Both the position numbers and the translations under genes were made by a program. Shown here one piece after another: positions 13,721 to 23,619 of a stretch of DNA of 64,000 nucleotides; the first letter of the stretch is position 1, and each line of letters begins with the position of its first letter. Origin of the DNA: Methylophaga sp. (GTDB lineage: Bacteria > Pseudomonadota > Gammaproteobacteria > Nitrosococcales > Methylophagaceae); assembly GCA_020831825.1 (NCBI GenBank), contig JAFIFW010000010.1, forward strand, positions 113,243 through 177,242, read 5' to 3'. The notes under the pieces were generated by a model. That model was not told the DNA's origin. It saw only the letters and a list, made by a program, of their open reading frames with translations, and did no database searches.

Positions 13721-14785
13721 ATGTTTAGTTTCCTGAGAAAAAAAACCGGCACAGATGAAAACGCTTCGAGATCTGAAGATTCACTCTCCCATACCAAGGA
13801 CGCACATCATCCGCAAAAGCAGGTAAACGCTCAAGTCAAGGACACTTCAGATGCTCGCGGCTTACTGTCAAGACTAAAGCTGGGGCTCAGCAAAACCAGT
13901 CAAAAACTGACCGATGGTTTTGCCAATCTGGTGCTCGGGAAAAAATCCATTGATGCTGATTTGCTTGAGGAGCTGGAAACACAGCTCATTACTGCGGATC
14001 TTGGTATCGAAGCCACCCAGACTATCATCAACGACCTGACACAGCGCGTTGCCAGAAAACAGCTTACCGATGCAGAAGCTTTGTTTACCGCTCTTCGAGA
14101 CGACATGGTTGAATTGCTCAAACCGGTTGAAATACCACTGCAAGTCTCTGAACAATCAGGCCCATACGTCATCCTGATGGTAGGCATCAACGGTGTTGGC
14201 AAAACTACCACCATAGGCAAGCTTGCCAAGCAGTTTCAGCGTCAGGGTAAATCGGTCATGTTGGCCGCAGGTGACACCTTTCGTGCGGCCGCAGTGGAAC
14301 AACTTCAGGTATGGGGTGAGCGCAATGATATTCCTGTGGTTGCGCAACAACACGGCGCCGATTCAGCTTCAGTGATTTTTGATGCACTGCAATCAGCCAC
14401 AGCACGTAACACTGACGTACTGATCGCCGACACTGCGGGTCGTCTGCACACTCAGTCCAACCTGATGGACGAGCTCAAGAAAGTCAAACGCGTGATGAGC
14501 AAGCTTGATGCTGAGGCACCCCATGAAATCATGTTGGTGCTCGATGCAGGTACCGGACAAAACGCCTTGCAGCAAGCCCAGCAATTTCATCAGGCAGTTG
14601 GGGTCACCGGTATCAGTCTGACCAAGCTGGATGGCACTGCTAAAGGCGGCATCATTTTTGCGATTGCCAAAAAAACAGGCTTACCTATCCGCTACATTGG
14701 TGTCGGTGAGAAGATTGACGATCTCAGGCCATTTGATGCCAGTGATTTTGTTGATGCGCTGCTGGGGCGTGAAGACTCGAGATGA
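13721..14785 (+). CDS. ftsY: SRP receptor FtsY
   Basis: GINGVGKTTT, DTFRAAA, DTAGRL, TKLDGTAKGG; start MFSFLRKK. Confidence 0.96.
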   Translation: MFSFLRKKTGTDENASRSEDSLSHTKDAHHPQKQVNAQVKDTSDARGLLSRLKLGLSKTSQKLTDGFANLVLGKKSIDADLLEELETQLITADLGIEATQTIINDLTQRVARKQLTDAEALFTALRDDMVELLKPVEIPLQVSEQSGPYVILMVGINGVGKTTTIGKLAKQFQRQGKSVMLAAGDTFRAAAVEQLQVWGERNDIPVVAQQHGADSASVIFDALQSATARNTDVLIADTAGRLHTQSNLMDELKKVKRVMSKLDAEAPHEIMLVLDAGTGQNALQQAQQFHQAVGVTGISLTKLDGTAKGGIIFAIAKKTGLPIRYIGVGEKIDDLRPFDASDFVDALLGREDSR

Positions 14786-15435
14786 TCAATTTTAATCAGG
14801 TCTACAAACGTTACCCGAATCAGTATGAGGCACTTTCCGGTCTGAGCTTTCATCTTGAGCGAGGTGAAATGGCTTTTCTGACCGGTCATTCCGGCGCAGG
14901 CAAAAGCACATTACTGAAGCTGATTGCGCTGATTGAGCGTAGTACCCACGGCCAGGTCATCATTAACAATCAAAACCTCGGCCGAATGCCAAAATGGAAA
15001 GTCCCCTACTACCGTCGAATGATTGGTCTGGTCTTCCAGGATCATAATCTGCTGCATGATCGCACCGTGTTTGACAATGTCGCTTTGCCTTTGATTATTT
15101 CAGGAGAAAATCATCGGGAAATCGGCAGAAGGGTTCGTGCTGCTCTCGACAAAGTAGGGCTGCTCGGCAAAGAGCGTAACTTGCCAATCGCGTTGTCGGG
15201 AGGGGAACAACAACGAGTCGGTATCGCTCGAGCAGTGGTGAACCGCCCACCAATTTTGCTTGCAGACGAACCTACCGGAAATCTGGACCCCGAACTGTCT
15301 CAGGAAATCATGCAACTGTTTGAACAATTTAATCAGGTCGGCGTGACCGTCTTTATTGCCAGCCATGATCACGACCTGATCAGCCGGATGCCTTATCGTC
15401 GCATCGTGCTGCAAAACGGCAGACTGGCGGAATAG
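14782..15435 (+). CDS. ftsE: Cell division ATP-binding protein
   Basis: GHSGAGKST, LSGGEQQRV, ADEPTGNLD; ftsY-ftsE-ftsX order. Confidence 0.96.
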   Translation: MINFNQVYKRYPNQYEALSGLSFHLERGEMAFLTGHSGAGKSTLLKLIALIERSTHGQVIINNQNLGRMPKWKVPYYRRMIGLVFQDHNLLHDRTVFDNVALPLIISGENHREIGRRVRAALDKVGLLGKERNLPIALSGGEQQRVGIARAVVNRPPILLADEPTGNLDPELSQEIMQLFEQFNQVGVTVFIASHDHDLISRMPYRRIVLQNGRLAE

Positions 15436-15440
15436 TTTTC

Positions 15441-16373
15441 ATGAATATAGTTGAACGTTTCAAAAATTATCTGCTGCGCCATATTCAAGTGATGTTGTCG
15501 AGCCTGGGTGAACTATGGCGGCACCCTCTGGCCAGCATTATGACCATCGTCGTCATCGGAATAGCCCTGGCACTGCCTGCTGGTTTGCTTGTGATGCTCA
15601 CCAATGTCGCTCAAATCAGCGGCCAATGGCAGGACAGCCATCAAATTTCACTGTTCCTCAATGATGAAGTCGGAGACACCCGCGGCCAGCAACTCGCAGA
15701 ACAATTACTGTCCTGGCCGGATATCAGCGCCGTGGAGTTCAAATCATCCAGTGAATCACTGGAAGAATTTCGTGAACTGTCAGGCCTTGGTTCGATGCTG
15801 GATAATTTACCCAAAAACCCGCTGCCAGCCGTCATCATTGTGCAGGCAGCCGATGACTTCAGCGAAACAGAAAATATTGAGGACCTGCTTGACCGATTGG
15901 CCAGAATGCAAGACATAGCGCTTGCCCAGTTGGATATGCAATGGTTGCAGCGCTTACGCAGCCTTAATCAGACAGCGCAGCGCGCAATTCAAATTCTGGC
16001 GGCGCTGTTGTCGATTAGTGTGTTGTTGGTCATAGGCAATACCATTCGACTTTCAATCCTGAACCGACAAGCTGAAATTCGTGTCATCAAACTGGTGGGC
16101 GGCACCAATGCCTTTGTTCGCAGGCCGTTCCTCTACACCGGTTTCTGGTATGGCTTTCTTGGTGGCGTCGTTGCCTGGCTCACCTTGCTGACCAGTCTGG
16201 CGGTGATCAGTGGCCCTATCAACGCTCTGGCCTCACAATACGACAATGTTTTCAGTCTACAGTGGCTGGCCGGGGAGTTATTTCTGGCCCTGCCGTTGCT
16301 TGGCGTATTGCTTGGAGTACTGGGCGCCTGGCTGGCAGTTGGCAAACATCTGAGTGCTATCGAACCAAACTAG
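15441..16373 (+). CDS. ftsX: Cell division permease
   Basis: NPLPA, IGNTIRL, EI.VIKLVGGT..FVRRPFLY. Confidence 0.95.
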   Translation: MNIVERFKNYLLRHIQVMLSSLGELWRHPLASIMTIVVIGIALALPAGLLVMLTNVAQISGQWQDSHQISLFLNDEVGDTRGQQLAEQLLSWPDISAVEFKSSSESLEEFRELSGLGSMLDNLPKNPLPAVIIVQAADDFSETENIEDLLDRLARMQDIALAQLDMQWLQRLRSLNQTAQRAIQILAALLSISVLLVIGNTIRLSILNRQAEIRVIKLVGGTNAFVRRPFLYTGFWYGFLGGVVAWLTLLTSLAVISGPINALASQYDNVFSLQWLAGELFLALPLLGVLLGVLGAWLAVGKHLSAIEPN

Positions 16374-16386
16374 CTGAGCCAGACGG

Positions 16387-16414
16387 GAACTTTATCTGCT
16401 AATCAAATATCTGA
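16387..16414 (+). promoter_or_regulatory. Sigma-E-type promoter of rpoH
   Basis: GAACTT-N17-TCTGA upstream of rpoH, like the E. coli rpoH P3 promoter; an extended -10 TGCTAAAAT lies at 16437-16445. Confidence 0.7.
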
Positions 16415-16489
16415 CTGGTTGATTTTCGACTTTTAGTGCTAAAATTTCAGGTATTACTTACAAGTAAGTTTGTTTAGGGAGTTCGCACA

Positions 16490-17353
16490 ATGACATCGCA
16501 TTCAGCCCAGTACAACATGGCGCTGGCGCCAATTGGCAACCTTGATGCATACACCAGCCTTGTGCACACCATCCCTGTTCTGACCGCTGAGGAAGAATAC
16601 GAGCTTGCAACGCGTCTACAACAGAACAGTGATTTGGAGGCCGCACAACGACTGGTGTTGTCACACCTGCGTTTTGTCGTCCGCATCGCTAAAGGTTACA
16701 GTGGCTACGGTCTGCCCGTTGCCGATCTGATTCAGGAAGGCAACATCGGCTTGATGAAAGCCGTCAAACGCTTCGATCCAAGCAAAGGCGTGCGCCTGGT
16801 CTCTTTCGCTGTGCATTGGATTCGCGCAGAAATCCATGAATATGTGATTCGCAACTGGCGCATTGTAAAAATTGCCACTACCAAAGCCCAGCGCAAACTG
16901 TTCTTTAACCTGCGTAGTGCCAAACAGCGTCTAGGCTGGCTCAATAAGGAAGAGGTCGAAGCAGTTGCTGAAGATCTTGGCGTGACTCCAGGCAATGTCC
17001 TGGAAATGGAGCGCAGGCTGGCACAACCAGACACCTCTTTTGACTTGCCTGCTGATAGCAGTGATGACGAAGATGCTGTTTTTTCACCCGTCGCCTATCT
17101 TGCCGCACCGGAAAGATCTGATCCATCGACAGAGCTGGAACAGGACGACTTTGCTGATTATCAGCATAATCGCTTAGCTAACGCACTGGCCAGTCTTGAC
17201 GAACGTAGTCGTGACATCATCAGCCAACGTTGGCTACAGGATGAAAACAAGGCAACATTGCATGAACTGGCCGCTCAGTATCAAGTATCCGCAGAAAGAA
17301 TCCGGCAAATCGAAAACAATGCAATGAAAAAACTAAAAGGTTTGATGGATTGA
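16490..17353 (+). CDS. rpoH: RNA polymerase sigma-32
   Basis: [14 protein letters not shown]; RpoH box QRKLFFNLR; follows ftsX. Confidence 0.97.
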   Translation: MTSHSAQYNMALAPIGNLDAYTSLVHTIPVLTAEEEYELATRLQQNSDLEAAQRLVLSHLRFVVRIAKGYSGYGLPVADLIQEGNIGLMKAVKRFDPSKGVRLVSFAVHWIRAEIHEYVIRNWRIVKIATTKAQRKLFFNLRSAKQRLGWLNKEEVEAVAEDLGVTPGNVLEMERRLAQPDTSFDLPADSSDDEDAVFSPVAYLAAPERSDPSTELEQDDFADYQHNRLANALASLDERSRDIISQRWLQDENKATLHELAAQYQVSAERIRQIENNAMKKLKGLMD

Positions 17354-17361
17354 TGTATATC

Positions 17362-17399
17362 AAACAAAAAAACCCGCTTCTCGGCGGGTTTTTTTGTTT
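17362..17399. terminator. Bidirectional intrinsic terminator (rpoH / fdxA)
   Basis: AAACAAAAAAACCCGC-TTCTCG-GCGGGTTTTTTTGTTT between convergent genes. Confidence 0.9.
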
Positions 17400-17414
17400 T
17401 GCTAGATAAATATC

Positions 17415-17738
17415 CTAACGTTCGAGCAGTGGCGTTTTGTTGGGTTTACCATCCCACTCTTCTGCATCTGGAAGCGCATCTTTTTTCTCTGAAATTACTG
17501 GCCAGACCCGAGACAATTCGGCATTGATTTCCAGAAATTCCATTTGTTCATCGGGCAGATCATCTTCGGAGAAAATTGCTTGTGCCGGACACTCTGGCTC
17601 ACAAAGCGTACAATCAATACACTCATCAGGATCAATCACCAGAAAGTTGGGGCCCTCATGGAAACAATCTACTGGGCAGACATCAACACAATCAGTATAT
17701 TTACATTTAATACAGTTTTCTGTGACTACAAATGTCAT
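17415..17738 (-). CDS. fdxA: 7Fe ferredoxin (FdI type)
   Basis: [30 protein letters not shown]. Confidence 0.95.
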   Translation of the reverse strand: MTFVVTENCIKCKYTDCVDVCPVDCFHEGPNFLVIDPDECIDCTLCEPECPAQAIFSEDDLPDEQMEFLEINAELSRVWPVISEKKDALPDAEEWDGKPNKTPLLER

Positions 17739-17880
17739 GACGAAATCTCCGGGAATACTAAAATTTTGCAGGGTTGGCCTGCCATAACGGTCGACATTCT
17801 ACATGATCTGCAACCGTTCTGGACAATGTTAGACGATATAACTGCAAACAAGTAATTAAGTAAAGGTTGGAAAACACATC

Positions 17881-18174
17881 ATGCGTAAGTTGTTGCTCAT
17901 CACCCTTTTTATGGTGATGTTTCTGATAAGTGCTGCATTTGCCGCGTTCAATATGGAACCTGTGTCTGTAAAGTTCTATTTCACTGATTTGAGTTTACCG
18001 CTGGCTGTGCTTCTAGTCCTGACTTTACTCATAGGCATGCTGGCAGGTGCCGTGGTGATGTGGGCACGTTCTCTCAAAATCCGTTTTGACAATCACCGTC
18101 TCAAGCACAAGCTGTCTTTATCCGAGCAGGAACTGAACAGCTTACGCATTCTGCCGATTAAGGAACCGCGCTAG
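17881..18174 (+). CDS. lapA: LPS assembly protein A
   Basis: Two TM helices plus basic coiled tail, immediately upstream of lapB. Confidence 0.8.
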   Translation: MRKLLLITLFMVMFLISAAFAAFNMEPVSVKFYFTDLSLPLAVLLVLTLLIGMLAGAVVMWARSLKIRFDNHRLKHKLSLSEQELNSLRILPIKEPR

Positions 18175-18184
18175 TCGCCCTGTC

Positions 18185-19362
18185 ATGCTGGAATGGTTAT
18201 TTTTTCTACTGCCCGTTGCAGCTATGTCTGGCTGGTTTGCAGCTCGCAGACACTATAAAAAACGTCGGCGCCACAACGATACACCGTTCAACCCGGATTA
18301 CTTCAGAGGTTTAAACTACCTGTTAAATGAACAGCCCGATAAAGCGATCGACGTATTTATCGGGCTACTGGAAGTGAACAGCGAAACAGTGGAAACACAC
18401 CTGGCACTGGCCAACCTGTTTCGTCGGCGTGGCGAGACAGACCGAGCCATCCGGATTCATCAAAACCTGATCGCCCGCCCGACACTCAGCAGCAGCGAAA
18501 GAACCCATGCCTTGCTGGAACTCGGCATGGACTACATGCATGCCGGGGTTCTGGATCGGGCCGAGCATATATTTCTTGAGTTGTTACAACACTCGTCCGT
18601 GCCCTATCAGGCACCCGAACAACTGCTGCGTATCTACCAGCAACAGAAAAACTGGGCGCGCGCCATTGAAATGGCTGAAAAAATCCCGGGTAATCGACGC
18701 AAACAAGTCGGCACATTAATCGCGCAGTTTTATTGTGAACTAGCTGAAAAAAATGCCGAGAAAGATCGTCATGGTAGTCTGGCCATGCTTAAACAAGCGC
18801 TGTACCACGATGAGGCCTGCGTCAGAGCGAGCATACTCACGGCGCGTATTCATCTTGCCAGCGGGCATCCAAGAAAAGCACTGAAAAACCTGCTGATGGT
18901 TGAAAAACAAAACCCTGCTTTTTTATCAGAGGCACTACCGCTATTGCTCGAATGTCATGAACAACTGGAAAGCATCGATGCTTTTCAGAACTGGTTGAGG
19001 CAACTGCTGCAGCGCCATCCGCATCTGACCTCGGCTCGACTGATGCTGGCAAAACTCATCGAACGAAGTCAGGGCCGAAACAGTGCGCAGGAATATCTTT
19101 ACCAGGAACTGCATCAATATCCGTCTGTTGAAGGCTTGTATCAGTTGATGCGACTGGATGAAAATAACTCCCCAGCGCTGATTCCACTGATTCAGAAAAT
19201 CACCGACAACATGATCAGCCGAGGTGATCGCTACACATGCAAGAACTGCGGCTTTTCGGGAAAGACACTTCATTGGCATTGCCCAGGCTGTGGCAAATGG
19301 GCCACCGTTCGCCCGACAGAAGTACACCTTTCAGCCCTGGAAAAACTACTGGACAGAACCAC

Positions 19363-19366
<4 letters not shown>
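18185..19366 (+). CDS. lapB: LPS assembly protein B
   Basis: YFRGLNYLLNEQPDKA, RAIRIHQNL, TPRs, C-terminal CKNCG..CPGC rubredoxin. Confidence 0.95.
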
Positions 19367-20659
<1,293 letters not shown>

Positions 20660-20715
20660 CCCGATAACTGATATAGTGACAAGCAATAAGGTTATCTGTA
20701 ATCGGTGAATTCAGT

Positions 20716-20946
20716 ATGAGTAATATCCCTGCAATTCAATCAGCCATGACCGGCATTCAGTCAGGCATCAGCAAAATCAACCGCAACGCGGCTGATATCG
20801 CCAGCCAATCCGTCGCAGGTGATGCCGCTGATTTGACGCGCTCACTTATTGATATGCGGCAAAATCAACTTCAGGTAGAGGCCTCAATCAAAGTCGTCAA
20901 AACAAGCAACGAAGTACTTGGCAGTCTGCTGGATGTCAAAGCCTGA
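20716..20946 (+). CDS. Small protein resembling terminal helices of flagellar axial proteins
   Basis: AIQSAMTGI..NAADIA and DLTRSLIDM...QVEASIKVVKTSNEVLGSLLDVKA. Confidence 0.7.
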   Translation: MSNIPAIQSAMTGIQSGISKINRNAADIASQSVAGDAADLTRSLIDMRQNQLQVEASIKVVKTSNEVLGSLLDVKA

Positions 20947-21010
20947 TTTTAAATACCTCCTAAAGAAATAAACGGACCGTCACTACCCGGTTCATCTTGA
21001 GCAGCCACTT

Positions 21011-21814
21011 TTGTCTTCAAACACCCCCCCGCCACTCAGCGCGGATGTAATATCTTCAGCAATGTCAGCCTCTGCCAGACAGACACTTTGTCGTATCGAA
21101 ACGCTGGCCTCTGTCAACTCCACTAATGACCATGCATGGCAACTGCTAAACCTTGGCAATAAAAATCCATTTGTCTGTTTGGCAGAACAGCAGACTTCCG
21201 GTCGTGGCCGCCGTGGCAAACAATGGCAGTCGCCTGCGCTGGGTAACTTGTATCTATCGCTTTTTTGGCCCTTTGCCGCAAATTGCCCCCCCAGAGGTCT
21301 GAGCATTGCAATTGGTGTGACGCTTGTCGAGACCCTGAACGCATTCGGAATCAATAACTTGCAGTTAAAATGGCCAAATGATGTATTGTGTAAGGGTCAT
21401 AAACTTGCCGGGATTCTTATAGAATCCCGCTATAACGGCGGTTACAACACGGTCATTGGTGTTGGACTGAACTTCCGGCTTTCACCGGATCTCCAGCAGA
21501 TAGTTGACCAACCCGTCACCAGTCTTGAACAACAATGCAGTCAACTCCCCTGTCGTAATCAATTGGCAGGACAGCTGCTCGAAAACCTGATTGCGGCGGT
21601 AGAAAAATTTCAGCGCAATGCCCTGAATGACTTCTTGCCGAGCTGGCACTCGATGGACTTGTTGTTCGGCCACCCTGTTGAAATCAGTAATGACGCTGAA
21701 ACATTTAGCGCGATTGCCCAAGGCATTAATGCCAATGGGGAACTGCAGTATCTATACAAAGGTCAGTTAATGTCACTTTCCAGCAGCCACTATTCAATTC
21801 GCCTGAGCTTATGA
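21011..21814 (+). CDS. birA: Biotin-protein ligase (no HTH domain)
   Basis: STND, AEQQTSGRGRRGKQW, KWPND, KLAGIL; start uncertain. Confidence 0.92.
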   Translation: MSSNTPPPLSADVISSAMSASARQTLCRIETLASVNSTNDHAWQLLNLGNKNPFVCLAEQQTSGRGRRGKQWQSPALGNLYLSLFWPFAANCPPRGLSIAIGVTLVETLNAFGINNLQLKWPNDVLCKGHKLAGILIESRYNGGYNTVIGVGLNFRLSPDLQQIVDQPVTSLEQQCSQLPCRNQLAGQLLENLIAAVEKFQRNALNDFLPSWHSMDLLFGHPVEISNDAETFSAIAQGINANGELQYLYKGQLMSLSSSHYSIRLSL

Positions 21815-22662
21815 CTGTACTTCTCATTGATATTGGTAACAGTTGCATCAAATGGGCCTGTCTTGAAGCCTCGAGTTTCACAGACAGTGAACGTTTTGCC
21901 CGCAGCAAAACCGGTATCAAAGCCTCATTAAACAAGGCTTTCAAACATCTTAACGGTATTGATTCAGTGCTGGTCAGCAATGTGGCCGGAGAGAAAATTG
22001 CCCAACAACTGGCTGAATGGACAGAACAGCAATGGCAAATCACGCCAAGATTCATTCACAGTGAACACAAGCGTTTTGGCATCGTAAACGGATATCGCAG
22101 TCCAGAACAGCTCGGCGTTGATCGTTGGCTGAATATGGTGGCGATGTCACAAGGTCGGCCTCAGGCACACTGTATTATTGACTGTGGTACCGCAATTACC
22201 ATTGATATCATCAATGCCACCGGTGAGCACCAGGGCGGTCTGATTCTTCCTGGTTTGAAACTGATGCGTGAAACACTGGCCGCTGGTACAGATGCACTTA
22301 CTGAAGCTGAAGATGACACCGGCTACAGCCTGCTGGCGACCAATACCTTCAGTGCCATTCAAGCCGGTACGCTCTACAGTATCAGTGCGACACTGCAACA
22401 AATCATCTCCGACATGCGGCAAAACTTCAAAGACATCAGCATTACCGTCACTGGTGGTGATGGTCAGACCGTAATATCGGTGCTCGGTGATAGCTCCATC
22501 CGTTACGATGCCGATCTCGTTCTCAAAGGTTTGTCTCTGTACGCCAAACCAGACGCTAATCCAGAAAAAGCCAAACCACGAAGACGGCGACGCCCCACCA
22601 AACAATCCGCTAAAGACTCAGCACAGGCCCCAGCGGGCCCGTTGCCAGATGCCGCAAACTAG
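21811..22662 (+). CDS. coaX: Type III pantothenate kinase
   Basis: IDIGNS.IKW, LGVDRW, DCGTAITID, GGLILPG, TGGD. Confidence 0.93.
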   Translation: MTVLLIDIGNSCIKWACLEASSFTDSERFARSKTGIKASLNKAFKHLNGIDSVLVSNVAGEKIAQQLAEWTEQQWQITPRFIHSEHKRFGIVNGYRSPEQLGVDRWLNMVAMSQGRPQAHCIIDCGTAITIDIINATGEHQGGLILPGLKLMRETLAAGTDALTEAEDDTGYSLLATNTFSAIQAGTLYSISATLQQIISDMRQNFKDISITVTGGDGQTVISVLGDSSIRYDADLVLKGLSLYAKPDANPEKAKPRRRRRPTKQSAKDSAQAPAGPLPDAAN

Positions 22663-22670
22663 CGTAAGCT
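22642..22670 (+). promoter_or_regulatory. Sigma-70 promoter of tRNA-Ser
   Basis: TTGCCA-N17-TAAGCT followed by a GC-rich discriminator. Confidence 0.5.
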
Positions 22671-22682
22671 TCCGGTCCCTTA

Positions 22683-22773
<91 letters not shown>

Positions 22774-22779
22774 AAATTC

Positions 22780-22806
22780 AAAACCGGCTTCGGCCGGTTT
22801 TTTTTT
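22780..22806 (+). terminator. Intrinsic terminator after tRNA-Ser
   Basis: AAAACCGGC-TTCG-GCCGGTTTTTTTTT. Confidence 0.9.
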
Positions 22807-22888
22807 GCTGAAAAAATGCCATTTTTGTCAGTTGTTTTCAGATACATTCAGGCTCTGAACCAAGAAAAACACTCAGATTAAGAACAAG

Positions 22889-22916
22889 TTGACTATTCCC
22901 GCACTGATAGTATAGT
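22889..22916 (+). promoter_or_regulatory. Sigma-70 promoter of phosphatase/GGDEF-EAL operon
   Basis: TTGACT-N16-TATAGT. Confidence 0.55.
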
Positions 22917-22960
22917 TCTTACACAGGCATTGCACCCAACAAGGGAAAGGAACCAAGGCA

Positions 22961-23617
22961 ATGACGTCAAAATATCTTTTGCATCTGCCAGTGCTGTGTG
23001 TCTTTTCTTTGGTGTTCTGGTTTTTGTATCCCGTTCAGGCAGACAATGAATTCACCATAATTCAGGCTGACCACTCGACGCTCAATAAAATCTATCAAGG
23101 CGGATTGGTTCTCTATTTTCGCCATGGCCGAACCGAAACCACTATTCCGGACGACTTTCCCGTCAATTACCAGGATTGCAGCACCCAACGTCCATTATCA
23201 GAAGCTGGATTACAAGAACTCAAAGTAATAGCCAAGCACATTGCTTTGTTAAATCACCTTCAAGCACGAGAAATTATCGTCAGTCCCTTTTGTCGAGCAC
23301 GTGATACGGCTGACTTGTTATTCCCAACCCACCCCAAAAGCATCGACATACTGCAAATGTATACAGCGATGCTAACTAAGGGAGAAAAAGCACCGATCAT
23401 CAAGCGCACTCGCGAGCTGATGTCAAAACCTGTCGCGCAGGGGGAAAACAGAGTGATTATCGCGCATGGCCCCAATCTAGCGGAGGTGATGGGATATTTT
23501 CCCGATGAAGCAGATATGGTCATTATCCGCCCGCTTGGTGATGGTTACGAATATCTGGCAACCGTCTCGGCAGATGATTGGGACAGACTGCTCCTGCATC
23601 CAGCAGCTGGCCAATAA
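22961..23617 (+). CDS. Exported histidine-phosphatase family protein
   Basis: Signal peptide, YFRHG, RPLS..G, SPFCRA.DTA, IIAHG. Confidence 0.82.
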   Translation: MTSKYLLHLPVLCVFSLVFWFLYPVQADNEFTIIQADHSTLNKIYQGGLVLYFRHGRTETTIPDDFPVNYQDCSTQRPLSEAGLQELKVIAKHIALLNHLQAREIIVSPFCRARDTADLLFPTHPKSIDILQMYTAMLTKGEKAPIIKRTRELMSKPVAQGENRVIIAHGPNLAEVMGYFPDEADMVIIRPLGDGYEYLATVSADDWDRLLLHPAAGQ

Positions 23618-23619
23618 TC

